Source: Paraspadella gotoi | Lineage: Eukaryota; Animalia; Chaetognatha | Assembly (NCBI GenBank): GCA_051294375.1 | Contig: CM119264.1 | Location: forward strand, 19,351,590-19,415,589 | DNA length: 64,000 bases | Direction of reading: 5' to 3' | Shown here: positions 37,026 through 51,723 of the stretch, piece by piece | Position numbering within the stretch: the stretch's first letter is position 1 | Layout of the letters: every line of letters begins with the position of its first letter | The notes under the pieces: model-generated | What the model was told of the DNA's origin: nothing | What the model saw: only the letters and a program-made list of their open reading frames with translations | Databases searched by the model: none | Position numbers and translations under genes: made by a program

Positions 37026-40000
37026 NNNNNNNNNNNNNNNNNNNNNNNNNTCAACTGGATTTCCTTCCAGAAGTAACCATTATTAAAAAAAAAAGTGATG
37101 GGCCATGTCTGAACCTGGAGGTTGTTAAATCGTCGTTTGTAAGATGAAAGTTTTCCTCGGTCTCTTTTTCTAGTTCGCCTATAGTGATAGGATCTTGTGA
37201 TGGGGATAGATCTTGTGATAATGCGATATCCCCAATAGCCGTTTTCGCCGGATCGGCTCGGGCAAAGAACCTTGGGGCGGCAATTAAGGGTAGCAACGCG
37301 ACTCGAATTAAGGGGATAGGGAGAAGGAAAATGGCGAGGAAAAAACATTTTGGAAAATTTCTCTTTTTATTTCCACAATTTTTTTACTTTCTCGTAGAGT
37401 ATTAAAAGATATATCACCGCGCTATTTCTGATTTTATCATACAGAAAAAACTTAATATAATATATTTAATCTAAGCTTCTAATGCCTGAATTTTTATGTA
37501 CACTTTCATCACATTTTATGAATTTTTTTTAACATGAGAGAGTAATAAATATTGCCCTTTGCGCTGACCTGCCCCATTCGGCTTGATTCGAAAGGAACTT
37601 ATTTAAATCTCAAATTATTTCTATAATGCCTTTTCATAACAAAAATATTTTTTAAAATAATTTAATTTGTGTAGAAAAGTTTCTTATTCTCAAGGCTGGT
37701 AAGGTTGTCTGATTTAAAGGTAGATAGACTCCCGCTAAAATCCTGAGAGTGGTGATAAATCCTGAAAGCAGATATGAATTTGCGACAAAGACATATTTTT
37801 GTAGATAAAGATTATGAAAATTGTGGGCTTTAAAATAACAATAAATTAATTTTCTAGGTTATAAAAAAACGGAGGACAAATATTCGTTGGTTCACTCCAC
37901 TCTTTTTTTGTAATACTTTTTTCAACCATTTTCTTCAGATTCTTCAAATTTATTTTACTCTATTTTACAAAGCCGACTACGACACATATTGTTCGTATTT
38001 TCTCCTTTCTCTGCCGATATTCTTTGTTCTCTTTCCTATTATTTCTCTCAGCATTTTCCTTACTTTTTCTCTTCTTTCACCCGATTTATTCTTCGCGACT
38101 TTGGAGAACGCGCCTCTTCCTCCTTTTCCTCACGGTTTTCTTCTTTCTTTTTCTCCTCCTCTTCTCCCTACTCTTTCCTCCTCTTCATTCACTTCCGCTT
38201 ACCCCTTTCCCTCTTTTCTTCCTCCTCTCCTCCTCCTCATCTTCCTCCTACTCATTAGTTCTGTCGTCTTTCGTCCCTCTTCCAGAGCTTCGCCCCGTTT
38301 TTTTTTCGTTATACGTTCTTTGTTTTATTTTTTTGGATGGTCAATTTTTTTTTTCGGTGGTGAGAGGCGTCACCTGGGTCATACTCTCTGTCTCTCTCCT
38401 TTCTGCTTGACGGTCGTGACCTCGAATTCTAATTTTTAGGTACACCGAAGGACTTTTTTTAATGACGAACGTATTGTAGATTTCTTGCTTTTTTTCGCGC
38501 GTGATCGTAAAATGATGTTTTGCATTTTCTTCTACCTAATCAAACTCATAAATCTCACTTAACATGGTTTGGATGGGATTTATCCGTAAACTTCTGTGAT
38601 AAACTTTAATTATAGTTTACGCCCAAACGGGTAATAAAAAACGTTTTTTATTTGCTTTTGTTTTCGTCGTCATCGCAACAGGACGCCATCTTGCTTCCTC
38701 CTGGCGGACGCAAACCTCGTGGTAAATAGAGACGACTAAAAACTCATTAGACTTATTTTGCGTTTTTTTGCTGCGACAAAATGAAGGAGAAGACTAATTG
38801 GGGCCGAAGATGCCGACGCAAAACGAAGACAAACAAACATTTGAAACGAGGAAATAAATAAATAAATGAACATTAGAAGAAAAAATCAAATTGTGGTAAA
38901 TCAAACAAAGGATCAAAAAATAGATCGATCAAACGTAATTCTCTAATTAGGTTATTTACTAAAATTTAATAAATTTATTAAAATTTACTAGATTATTAAA
39001 ATACCTTCGGAATAAAATTTAAATTTTATTTTAAACTTTAGTCAATGATGGTTTTTCCTTTTTAAAAATGTAATGAACAACAAAAGTATCACGTGCCTGT
39101 AGGAAAAACGCGGCAGATGTTTTTGGATGGAATTGGTGACGATGAATATTGTTTGTTCGATTCATTTAATGATTTGCAAGAGAGGGAGACGAAGAGAGCG
39201 AGAGAGTGGGAGAGACAGACAGACAGACAATCATTACTTCTAATGATTCGAATGGTTCACATCTACCGACTTTCGTGTAAAGGATCCTTGCTTTTATTTT
39301 ATCTTTTTTCGTATGCAAAGTAAATCCACGCTACTCATGAAAATATGACAAAATATGGCGTTTTAAAAATAAACAACGTAAATTGAAATGAGGCAGGGCG
39401 AGGAGGTGAAAAAAAACGTAAAAACCATTATCGTGGGAGAATTAACAATAGAATCAAAATTATCTGCAAAAAAATATTTTCCGATAGCTGAAAAAAAAAA
39501 AATCAGAGCTGTTTTTTTTTGGGGGGGGGGTTGTTTTTTTTTGTTGTTTGTTTTTTGTTGTTTTTTTTTTTCGTCGACTTCCTCGTCCTTCGACATCGTC
39601 ATCATTGTCGTGGTTGTTTTGTTATCATTTTTGTTTTTCTCCCCTCATCATTTCGTCATTAAGGGCAGTTTGCTGGTCTGTCGCCTTCATTCGGCCCATA
39701 CTACGTCCATAAGCCCGGTAGTAATGTCCGGTTATTCGTCTTTTTCCTTTGCATTATGTTATATGCATCCCCGCCACTCCACCTCTTTCCTTTCCAGGCT
39801 TTTAAACCTGTACTCTCGTGTCGTGATTACGCCTCTCTCATCCCTCAAACCTTTCCTGTTTAGAGCCATCCGCTACCCCGTTTCCATTTTCCCGGTCGGG
39901 AGAAAGTGCTTTTTTCTTCGGGTTCGACTCGAACCAAGCGGAGGATGACGGATTAATCGAGGAAGAGATGACAAACGAGAATAAACAGAGGATAAGGGGC

Positions 40001-43000
40001 ATAGAGAAGAGAAGAAGATCGATTGGCGGGAGGAAGAAATTGTCAAACCGGGATCCCAGTCTGCGGTGGTGGAAAGCACATAACACACGAAAGATAGTAT
40101 AGCAAGGCTCAGAGAATTGCGGGATTAAAACAATTTCGGTGGACCCCGAGATGGGCGGACACCGAACTCGGGTGGCGGGGGAGGGAGAGGATGTCGGGTC
40201 GCGGGCGGCTGAATACTAGGAGTTACTGTGTCGGAGAAAGATATGTGCGTAAGCTGGATGAAGCTTGTGGAGGCAAGTAAGGGAGGGTGGGAACCACTTA
40301 AGTTCGGGAGGCGAGAACAAAAGAAGTGGGATTGTGTAATGGTGACCGATTCAGTATCTTCGGGAGAGGAGATGGTGCAGGATGACGGGGAGCTGAAAGG
40401 ATTAGCGGTTCATCGAGTGATACGGAGGAAGTGACGGTGAGTATGGCCTACGTCACGACAGTCTCGGGGTTCCTGAATCTTTCTTACGAGTATCTGAAGA
40501 TCATGGCTTTAATTGGTAGAATCGTGTGTATTACTGATGGAGTCGGAGAAACAGAAGGCGGGTTGCTGTAGGTGTAGCGTGAGGCAAAGCTACGTTAGTG
40601 ATGATGTTTGGGATAGAGTGGGGGAGAGAGATGAGCGTAAGAATTTAAAATAGAAAGTGGTAAGATCGCCAATCAAATAAGTATACGCGGTTGTTGTGTT
40701 GGGTGAAAGGTGGACGGTGTAGAAGTGAAATTGGACCATAGAAAAAGAGTTGAATAGACCTGAGATAAGTGAGTACCAGTCATGACCACCTTGGAAGTTG
40801 TACTGAGTGATAGAGGAGAAAAGAGGTTTTTTTAGCGGAGCTGGATGCTGGGAGGATGGAGGCGGAGGTGGCGAATATGGCAGGCGGGATTGGACAACCG
40901 AACGTTGTTGTTGTCCAGGGCGGACGGTGTTTTTTAGAAGGCTCAGAGCCCGGAAAAGGTTTGAACTCGTGGTCGGTCAACAGAGTGGACGAGGATGAGG
41001 TGGAGGGGTGTTGAAGTGGTCTATCTGATAGAAGCGCTTACTCTGGGGATGTGGAGCGAGGGACGGGAATGAGTACGGGGAAGGATGGGGCAGATCATAA
41101 AAATAGCGGGGTCCGTGAATCTCCGAAAATTTAGTTGATAGAAGTTGAAACGTTGGTCTTTGTTTGATGTCTCCACAATTGTTGCGTGATGTTATTTTTC
41201 TCGGGCACCTGGTTTGATGTATTGGTCTCACTTTACGTCTTCTTTCTGAATATTACTTATCATACTGCTTTGCGTTTACTTTCCCTCTCTAGTCTTATAT
41301 CTTTTTTCTTTTCGTTGTTCATTTTTGTAGTGTATATCAACGTCGAAGTCAGATATTCCTAACATACGATCTTTATCGAGTTTGTGTTTGGAACTTTTCT
41401 TCTATTCCAATCCTCAGTAATTTTCGTGCTGTATATTGCTTATTAAATTTCCGCTTCCATTGAATAACTAGTGCGTGAGGCATGGTTCCTTATGATATTT
41501 CGGCATCCGCAGTGCGCGTAGCACGGTGTGCAGCCGGTGGACGCGAGATAGACGGGTTTCACATCTACTCCGAGCACGCGTATACCGTCACTCCCCATAG
41601 GTGTAGTTGGGATTTCCCAGGGAGGGGTTTCCTTTCCGCAGCCTTTCCTCAACCCCGTGCCGCAGGACACGATGACGTCACAGTGTGATCCTCCGTGTGT
41701 TCTTGTTATTAGTACCCCGCTTCCTCCGTCGCCATTCCTTCCCCTCGGGGTTCAGGTGAGGAGCCGTAGTGTCCAGCTCTGAATGCTGGCCGGATGATGA
41801 AAGAGAGGCTCCACATTCGAGCGTTGAGAAGCGCTCGTAGTCGATTTTAGTTGAGTGTAAGGCCGAAGACGTGGGGAGAACCATCATTCACATGGGAGGC
41901 CAGGGCGACGCTGCGGGCCGAGATATGTGCGGCGGTGACGCTCGCCCGAATGCCTAAAGATCCATATACTAGAGTGACATGAATGGTCAAAATTAATGAA
42001 TCAATTAGAAATCAGATATTCATAGTCCATAACAAAAGCCAACACGAAATTTGACTTTTGTCATCCGCACGACGACCTGCAGACCGACGACGACACGAAG
42101 TATGGTCCTCGACAATAGGCATTAATAGCGATATAGGAACTAAACTGGCGGAAAGAACATCAATCATTGGTTTGCTTATGGCTATGACTTTTTTTTTCGC
42201 GTTCGCTGTGCTGAGCTGTGTTGTGATTGTGTGACACTATGTTTTCGACCATTTCTGAAATTTATTTGGTGTCATTATTTCGTCCAGTGGGTTGAAGATC
42301 TTGGATTATGCTCTGGTGGGATTAATGCTTGTTTCGTATGTTAAGCAGTAATCTTGCCACGGCCTGAAACATTCTACAATTACGCTGAGAGGCGAGAAGG
42401 CATCTGAATATTCAAGGAAGTGTACAAGAAGGCCACTGCGCTCTTTCAGGTGCGTTCAATTCCGGTGAAACTACGAGGCGCGGATATGCCAAAATGGCAT
42501 CTGCTCCGTATGTATTAATTTGCATCAGTGAACGCAGAGGAAAAAGATGCATAGAAGGACGAGGATGGAGATCTTCGAGTGTGTAAGAAAAGTCAGCCCG
42601 GAAGGCAGAGTGGTGGTGCTGGTTGATCGACGGCGATGCGGTCGGTCGAGGCTTCGCAGGGATGACGGATGTTGTGGCGAACGGATCGGTTGCTGACCAA
42701 AACGGCGGCCGTGGGATCGGCGTCGCCCGCGCGGTCGGTTGTCGGCGTGCGGCAAGATGCGACGGAGGATGAGGAGAGAGGGTGAGGCGAGAAGGATGGA
42801 AAGTGAAGAAAGGGGGAGAGGGAGAGGAACAGAAATGCAGGTAAGAGTGGGCGTCGAAGGAGCCAGTCTCCACGTGGCGAAGAATTAGGGTGAGTGGGAC
42901 GAGTGCATGTATTGGAGTGGAGAGCGTGCGGTGAAGGGGAGCCGTCTGACCACGGGGTGGGTGGCCTGGAGAAAGAAGTCCCGCACGCTTAGTACAGATT

Positions 43001-43639
43001 GACCTAGAGCGTACGAGAGGGGGACGGAGGGACTGCGCTGCGCGTCACGGAATCGGCCGGGAGCTGTTCGTCGGACGGGAACGAAGGTAGGTGCGGTGGC
43101 GTGAGTGGGAGAGGCGGGTGGCAGGGGTAAGGTGCAGTTCTGACGGTTCACAGTGAGGCGCTAATGTGAGGGGAGGAAAAGGCGCGGAGTACGGTAGTGG
43201 CGAGGGGGAGGTAAAGAGTTTAAAGAAGAAGAGAGACGTTGGAGTGCGATGGATCGGAGCGGGGATAAGTCAGGGCCGCCCTGGTGTGAAACGAGTATAT
43301 TGTTTAAATAGTACGACGGGGAAGAGGATTGATTAGGTGTTGCTTCTGCTCTTTAATAGTGTTTGTTATTGGTTGGGAGCGAGTGAGCGGGCCAGTGGTG
43401 TTATGTTGGCGAAAGTTTTGTGTCCGAGTGAACGAGCAAAGCCTCAGACTTTGCGGTCTTGTTGTTTATGGATGTTTTAAAAAGAAAGCAAGAGAAAAAA
43501 AAAAAAAAGTAAAGACAAGCACGTTCGAACCGAGGATAATTCCTTACATTTTCACGCCACATTTTCCTCGCCCTCAGAAGAAAAGAGAGCGAGAAAAAAG
43601 AGAAGAGAGATGAGAGAGAGAGAGAGAGAGAGAGGCAGA

Positions 43640-43700
<61 letters not shown>

Positions 43701-46400
43701 GGAGGAGAGAGAGAGAGATGGAGAGAGAGAGAGAATTTTGACGGGAACACGGACCACGAGATGGATGATTAGGAAAAATCTAGAAAGAACTTCTAGTGGC
43801 GTGAAAGGAAAATACACAGCGGATAAAGCAGAAAAAGGAAAGAGGCCCAAAAGCAGAACAAAGAAAAATTAAGAGTATAAAGTCTCTTAATACTTTTATA
43901 AAAGTAAAATTAAGTGAAGAAAAGAGAAGTTAAGCATCAAATAGATGAAGACTTAAAAATCTGAGGAAATCTTAAAGGAATCAGGAATGAGATTTATACT
44001 TGCTGCTCAGACTGTTTTTTTCGTCAAAAATTGTTGTCTTTTAATGCTCCATAAATATTGTTTTAATATTTTTTAATTGGTAGACAATATTTTGTTTACA
44101 TTCTTCTTGGTTTTGAAATTTTAAATATTCTCTTTACCAATCTTATATCGTTTTAATTATTGCAATTTTTTTTAAACTCGTTTTGAATAAAAAACAAAAG
44201 GTTGGGGAGGCGTTGATTCTCATTTCCTCTGCCCTCTCTCATCTCACTTATCTGTTCACCAAGGGTTATTGGCATCGGACATAAAGCCCTTCTAGATCTT
44301 CCTTCAATTTCTCTCGTAAAACCTGTCATTGTCAATTTGCAACTATTTAGGGTGAGTTTTTTAATTTACTCCTTTTGGACTTCGCTTGTTTGTTTTTTTC
44401 TCTGATGAACCGAAGAATAGAAAGACAGTTTAAAATACAAAACGATATATAGGCGAGGAAAGAAAAGAGGACAAAAACAGGAGTAGAAAGAAAAAAAATA
44501 GCGATCCAGGAGAAAATGATAGAAAGAGAAGAAGAGTAGGAAAGAAAGGGAAAGAGGAAAAAAAGAGAGTCTAAAGAAAGCAAGACCATAGAGAGAAAGA
44601 ACAAAAAAGAAAAGATTGGAAAATGAAAAGGAAGATAGTACTTAGAATTATATAAAGATAGTACTTACGAAAAATACTAAGAGCCAAAACAAGAAGAAAG
44701 GACGTAAAGGCTGTTAGGTCGTCAGTCAAGCTGTTTGCAAGGTGTAGTGCTCGTGCTTGTCCCTCTTTCCATTTGTTTTTTTTTTGAACATGAACACACT
44801 GAAGTCGAGAGTCCATTAGCTTGGAGCGTTTATAGTGGAGCTTTCCCTTGTCACTGGCCCGGATTGTGTCTATGACTGGGTGGAGAAGTTCATATGGCCA
44901 ATGAATCATAAAGAAGTAAAGAAAAGACGTCTTTTCTCTTATTTGTCTTCTTTTTGCTTTTGGTTTAACTCTCCCGTTCTTCGTTTTATTAATTTTCTCC
45001 AGTTTCGGAAGATAACTCGCCGGAGCGTCCGGAATTTTCGCTGCCCATTTGTTCCCTCTTCGTTTCTCATATGAGGAACGCAAAATTTTTAAAAAGGCGA
45101 ACGAATGTTGAACAAGTTGGGCCAAGGATCTTGGCCTATACGCGGTCAGACATGAGCCCAAATATATTGCTTCTCCTAGTCACTCGTGTTCCCGAAATAT
45201 CGTTCACGCGCTCTCCATTACAAGTAGGAAAATATCGGGATTTACATGCCAAATCTGAAAATCTACCACGGACGAGCGCGAGAGAATTCTAGGTAATTAT
45301 TTAGACCTTCTTCGGTTTCCTTTTCATTTTTGCGCGTGAAAATAGGCAAAGAGAAAGAAAAGATTGTTGTTGCCTCGATCTTTTTAAAAAGCTCGGTAAT
45401 ACGTATACGATGGATAACATTTGTTCTCTAATCGAACTCAGATGCTATAACGGTTCCATCCTTTCATAGCCCTTCGCACGTCGTTGTCAACCTCTGCGTA
45501 ATAAGGTGTCGCGCGCGAGCCGGTTTCGTCCGCGCGCGGAAAGGCGGAGGGAGCTTTCGAAGAGTGAGCGGTGGTATGCTGCACGAGTTTCTTGGTTTAG
45601 TATTGTTATGCTTTTTACTTGGTGCGTGTAGTTCCTTTAAGTAGTGTGTGTTCCTAGTCACCGTCTGTCGCCGCCATTCCACGTGATAGTTTCTTTCACA
45701 TGCTCAGATAAGCCGAAATTCGTCCGCTTTTCTAAGTGTGCAGCAGTCACTATTTCTTGCGGATGTGTAGGTGGTCTCGCTGACCAAATGCTGTTTTCGA
45801 GACGAGATTCTCCTTTCCTTCTTCTTGACCTGATATATCAATTCATTCATAAGTTCAATTCTCCACGCGCGAGCATCGCACACCTCAACTGACTCAGGAC
45901 CGTTAGTGGTATTCAAGTCATATTTGAGTATGTATATAAAGTCTCAGGGTAAATGATCTTAAAACGATATAAGATTGGTAAAGAAAGAATATTTAAAATT
46001 TCAAAACCAAAGAAGATGTAAACAAAATATTGTCTACCAATTAAAAAAATATTAAAACAATATTTATGAGCATTAAAAGACAACAATTTTGACGAAAAAA
46101 CAGTCTGAGGCAGAAATATATCATTCCTGATTCCTTTAAGATTTCCTCAGATTTTTTTTAAGTCTTCATCTATTTGGCCATGTAACTCTCTCTTTTCTTC
46201 ACTTAATTTTACTTTTATTAAAAGATTAAGAGACTTTATACTCTTAATTTTTCTTTGTTCTGCTTTTGGGCCTCCTTCCCTTTTCTGCTTTATCCCTGTG
46301 TTATTTTCCTTTCACCCACTAGAAGTTTCTTCTAGATTTTTCTAATCATCCATCTCGTGGTCCGTGTTCCCGTCAAAATTCTCTCTCTCTCTCTCCATCT

Positions 46401-46507
<107 letters not shown>

Positions 46508-46849
46508 CTCGCTCTCTTTTTCTGAGGGCGAGGAAAATGTGGCGTGAAAATGTAAGGAATTATCCTCGGTTCGAACGTGCTTTCTTATTTTTTTTTTTCT
46601 GCTTTCTTTAAAACATCCATAAACAAACAACGCCAAAGTCTGAGGCTTTGCTCGTTCACAAAATTTCCGCCACATAACAAGCCCCCCTCCCCAAAAAAAA
46701 AAATATTAAAAGAGAGAAAAAAAAATCAAATCTCTTCGCGTAAATTAAACATCGTTTCCAGGCTGAATTCTCCTCGATCATCACCTCCCTTTCTTTAAAT
46801 CTTTATCCCACGCCACCTCCGCTTTTCCCCTCAATTCGCTCTGACCTCC

Positions 46850-47135
46850 CCCCCCTCTCCACCGCCACCCTTTTCGCGCCCTCGAGCTCGCCCCCTAGGA
46901 ATTTTAAGTCGCGTTCTCAAGCACCTCACGTCCCCGCGCCATTTTGCACGTGAGCTACTTCGCGCCAACGTTTCTCCCCGTCGCTTCGCACGCGCGGACG
47001 TTCGCCCGTTCGACGCGCGTGCGATTCGAGCCCCGCTTTTTTCTTCACGTCGAAATCTCGATCTTTATGATTTTTCTTTTCTGATGCAAATTAATAACAT
47101 ACAAACGGAGCAGATGCCATTTTGCTATCGCGCCT
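46850..47135. promoter_or_regulatory. CpG-rich promoter-like island
   Basis: Local CGCG enrichment in an AT-rich background; YY1-like CGCCATTTTG (46937) and GCCATTTTG (47116); E-box CACGTG (46947). No transcript evidence. Confidence 0.3.
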
Positions 47136-47424
47136 CGTAGTTTAGAACTTGAAGACTGAAGAGGCATGGCTTCTTGTAACATTCTGAATATTCAGCCTGT
47201 TCAGCGTATTTAGAATGTTCAGCGTGGCAGACTGGTTAAATAGAAAAATTTAATCACAAGAGATAAACAAATCTAAACTGACGAAATAATAACCCAAAAT
47301 AAATTTCAGAAATGTCGAAAACTAAGGAAAATAAAAAGTAAGGAAGCGAAAAAAAAAGTCAAGATAAGAAAAACCGATTGATTTTCCCAGTTAATTTTAT
47401 GTATTAATGTTGTCGAGGACAACT

Positions 47425-47461
<37 letters not shown>
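47425..47461 (+). repeat. (TCG)n microsatellite
   Basis: About 12 perfect units. Confidence 0.9.
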
Positions 47462-49559
47462 GACAAAACTTCAAATTTCGTTTAGCTTTTGTATGCTTGA
47501 TATTGATTTCTAAATTTCATTATTTTGACATTATGTATTATATATGGATTTGGTTGGCGCGTCCCGCGCATTTCGGCCGAGCGTCGCTGGCTAGGTCAGA
47601 GTTTCCGTCTCGCCTCCATAAAAATTCGACTACGAGCTTCCAAGTGAGTGACTTCTTATCATACGCCAGCTATGAGTGACCCCCTCACCTGACCCGAGGG
47701 GAGGAATGGGAGGAGGAAGGGGGAGAAAAAGAAAAGGAGGAAACTGACACTGTGTCTGGGAGGGTTGAGAAGGTGGGGGAGGAAATGGGAAATATAATGG
47801 AGTGACGGATAGGTCCGGGAGAGAAACGTTTGGACGGCGACAAATCGCGAGTTTGGAAGGGAAATTTAAAGAATAAAAGAAAATACGAGATGGAATAAGA
47901 AGAAAAGTCAAAACAAAACAAAAATTGTTGGAATTGATCGACGCGATAACAAAAAGAAAAGAAAGAAAAAAGAGAAAGATAGAAGGGAAGAAAGAAAGAT
48001 ATGTAGAAATATTTAAAGAAAGTAAGAAAATAAAAAACCCGAAAAGAAAAAAAAATCAAAAAATTTGGAGACAAAACCAAAACCAACTTTCACCTCATCA
48101 ACTAAATTTTCGGGACTCTATTTATGCCTCCTCATTCCCTAACCGAGGTTCAAATAGCCCTTACCGACCGACCACTAGTTCAACTTTCCGGGTCCACGCC
48201 TGCTTTACCGTCCGCCCGACAACAACAAGTCGGTTGTCAATCGCCCCACTCGCCACCCGCCTCCATCCTCAGCATTCGCTCAAAACTCTTTTCTCCGAAT
48301 TCCAAGGTGGTCAGTGGTCACTGCTCAATTTTTATGGTCAATTTCACTTTACCGCGTATCTTATATGGCGATCTTAATTTTATTTAATTTTCCCTCATCC
48401 CCAAATTCAGTTGCTATAACGCTTCTTTTCCTCCATCATAAATAAAATTTAAATTAGATTCAAATACTTAGAAAGTCTAAGTCTCATCCAGCTTTGCCAT
48501 TTCTTCCATTAATTTTCGATCGTATCCACTCTTCCTCCGAAGTTGAGGTCACATCCATTTCTTTTCCTCCGAACTTAGGGTCACCTCCCTTTTCCCAAAC
48601 TCCTCCAGCTTCGCCCATTTTCCCGAAAATCCTAGTTCGCCGCGCCATTCCTCCCCCCCCCCGCCACCGAGGTCGGGTCCCGCCCTCGGGTCACCAAAAT
48701 GTTTTAATCCGAATCTGAGTTGTTACTTTCTGTTTATGGTTTCCACCGCCAGATGGGACCGTTTGACATTTCTTCTCCCCAACCTCTTTCTTTCCTCCCT
48801 TTCCTTTTTTTTTTCTTTTCTGATTAACTCACTCCGTTGGTTCGACGTGCGAACCGAAAAAAAGCATTTTCTCCCGAGGGAAAATGGAACGGGGTAGCTG
48901 GTTAAGGAAAGGTTTGGGGATGGAAGGGGTACAGACAGAGAGTAAGGTTAAAAGCCTGGAAAGGAAAGGGTGGAGTGGGGGGGTGCATATAAATATGGAA
49001 GGAAAAATGGAATAACGACATTATAATGGGAAGATAGGGCCGAATGAGGGAAGACCGAAACGCCTTAATGACGAAATGATGAGGGGGAGAAAAACAAAAA
49101 TGATAACAAAACAACCACGACAATGATGACGATGTCGAAGGACGAGGAAGTCGACGAAAAAAAAACAACAAAAAAACAAAACAAAAAAAAACAACCCCCC
49201 CCAAAAAAAAACAGCTCTGATTTTTTTCTTTTTCAGTATCGGAAAATATTTTTTGCAGATAATTTTGATTCATTGTTAATTTCTCCACGATAATGGTTTT
49301 TACGTTTTTTTTCACCTCCTCGCCCTGCCTCATTTCAATTTACGTTGTTTATTTTTAAAACGCCATATTTTGTCATATTTTCATGAGTAGCGTGGATTTA
49401 CTTTGCATACGAAAAAGATAAAATAAAAGCAAGGATCCTTTACACGAAAGTCGGTAGATGTGAACCATTTCGAATCATTAGAAGTAATGATTGTCTGTCT
49501 GTCTGTCTCTCCCACTCTCTCGCTCTCTCGTCTCCCTCTCTTGCAAATCATTAAATGAA

Positions 49560-51635
49560 TCGAACAAACAATTTCATCGTCAACAATTCCATCCCAAACA
49601 TCTGCCGCGTTTTTCCTACAGGCACGTGATACTTTTGTTGTTCATTACATTTTTAAAAAGGAAAAACCATCATTGACTAAAGTTTAAAATATAAATTTAA
49701 AATTCTTATTCCGAAGGTATTTTAATAATCTAGTAAATTTTAATAAATTGATTAAATTTTAGTAAATAACTAATTAGAGAATTACGTTTGATCGATCTAT
49801 TTTTTGATCCTTTGTTTGATTTACCACAATTTGATTTTTCTTCTAATGTTCATTTATTTATTTTATTTCCTCGTTTCAAATGTTTGTTTGTCTTCGTTTG
49901 CGTCGGCATCTTCGGCCCAATTAGTCTTCTCCTTCATTTTGTCGCAGCAAAAAAACGCAAATAAGTCTAATGAGTTTTTTAGTCGTCTCTATTTACTCAC
50001 GAGGTTTGCGTCCGCCAGGAGGAAGCAAGATGGCGTCTGTTGCGATGACGACGAAAACAAAAGCAAATAAAAAACGTTTTTTATTACCGTTTGGGCGTAA
50101 ACAATAATAAAGTTTATCACAGAAGTTTACGGATAAATCCCATCCAAAACCATGTTAAGTGAGATTTATGAGTTTGATTAGGTAGAAGAAAATGCAAAAC
50201 ACCATTTTACGATCACGGCGAAAAAAAGCAAGAAATCTACAATACGTTCGTCATTAAAAAAGTCCTTCGGTGTACCTAAAAATTAGAATTCCGAGGTCAC
50301 CGACCGTCATAAAAAAAGGAGAAAGAGAGAGACAGAGAGTATGACCCAGGTGACGCCTTCACCACCGAAAAAAAAATTGACATCCAAAAAATAAACAAAA
50401 GAACGTTAACGAAAAAAAAACGGGCGAAGCTCTGGAAGAGGGACGAAAGAGGACAGAACTAATGAGGAGGAGGAAGATGAGGAGGAGGAGGAGGAGGAAG
50501 AAAAGGGAAAGGGGTAAGGGAAGTGAATGAAGAGGAGGAAGAGTAGGGAGGAAGAGGAGGAGAAAAAGAAGAAGAAAACCGTGAGGAAAAGGAGGAAGAG
50601 GCGCGTTCTCCAAAGTCGCGAAGAATAAATCGGTGAAAGAAGAGAAAAGTAAGGAAAATGCTGAGAGAAATAAAGGAAAGAGAACAAAGAATATCGGCAG
50701 AGAAAGGAGAAAATACGAACAATATGTGTCGTAGTCGGTTGTAAAATAGAGTAAAATAAATTTGAGAATCTGAGAAAATGGTTGAAAAAAGTATTACAAA
50801 AAAGAGTGGAGTGAACCAACGAATATTTGTCCTCGTTTTTTTATACCTAGAAAATTAATTTATTGTATTTTAAAGCCACAATTTTCATAATCTGTATCTA
50901 CAAAAATATGTCTTTGTCGAAATTCATATCTGCTTTCAGGATTTATCACCACTCTCAGGATTTAGCGGGAGTCTATCTACCTTTAAATCAGACAACCTTA
51001 CCAGCCTTGAGAATAAGAAACTTTCTACACAATTAAAATTATTTTTAAAAAATATTTTGTTATGAAAAGGCATTAAGAAATATTTGAGATTTAAATAAGT
51101 TCCTTTCGAATCAAGCCGAATGGGGCAGGTCAGCGCAAAGGGCAATATTTTATTACCCTCTTATGTTAAAAAAAATTATCATAAAATGTGATGAAAGTGT
51201 ACATAAAAAATTCAGCCATTAGAAGCTTAAGATTAAATATATTATATTAAGTTTTTCTGATGATAAAATCAGAAATAGCCCGGTGATATATCTTTAATAC
51301 TCTACGAGAAAGTAAAAAAATTGTGGGAAATAAAAAGAGAAATTTTCCATAAATCGTTTTTCCCTCCGCCATTTTCCTTCTCCCTATCCCCTTAATTCGA
51401 GTCGGAAACGTTGCTACCCTTAATCGCCGCCCCAAGGTTCTTTGCCCGAGCCGATCCGGCGAAAACGGCTATTTGGGGATATCGCATTATCACAAGATCT
51501 ATCGCACCATCACAAGATCTATCACTATAGGCGACTAGAAAAAGAGACCGAGGAAAATTTATCTTACAAACGACGATTTAACAACCTCCAGGTTTCAGAC
51601 ATGGCCCATCACTTTTGTTTTTTAATGGGTTTCTT
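49560..51635 (-). CDS. Candidate small multi-exon gene (micro-exons); mirrored on + strand at ~37070-39180
   Basis: Candidate exons 51534-51418, 50275-50246, 50036-50001 and one starting at 49615, each with AG/GT boundaries and phase-1 joins. They give ...AVFAGSARAKNLGAAIK-G-TPKDFFNDE-H-AILLPPGGRKP-R-KTRQMF. The two copies differ by indels. Confidence 0.3.
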
Positions 51636-51656
51636 CTGGAAGGAAATCCAGTTGAA

Positions 51657-51723
<67 letters not shown>

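Noticed and set aside
40100-43400. GC-rich ORF-bearing region
   Set aside because: It is an insertion-expanded noisy mirror of ~46680-48700; the ORFs are not preserved in the other copy.
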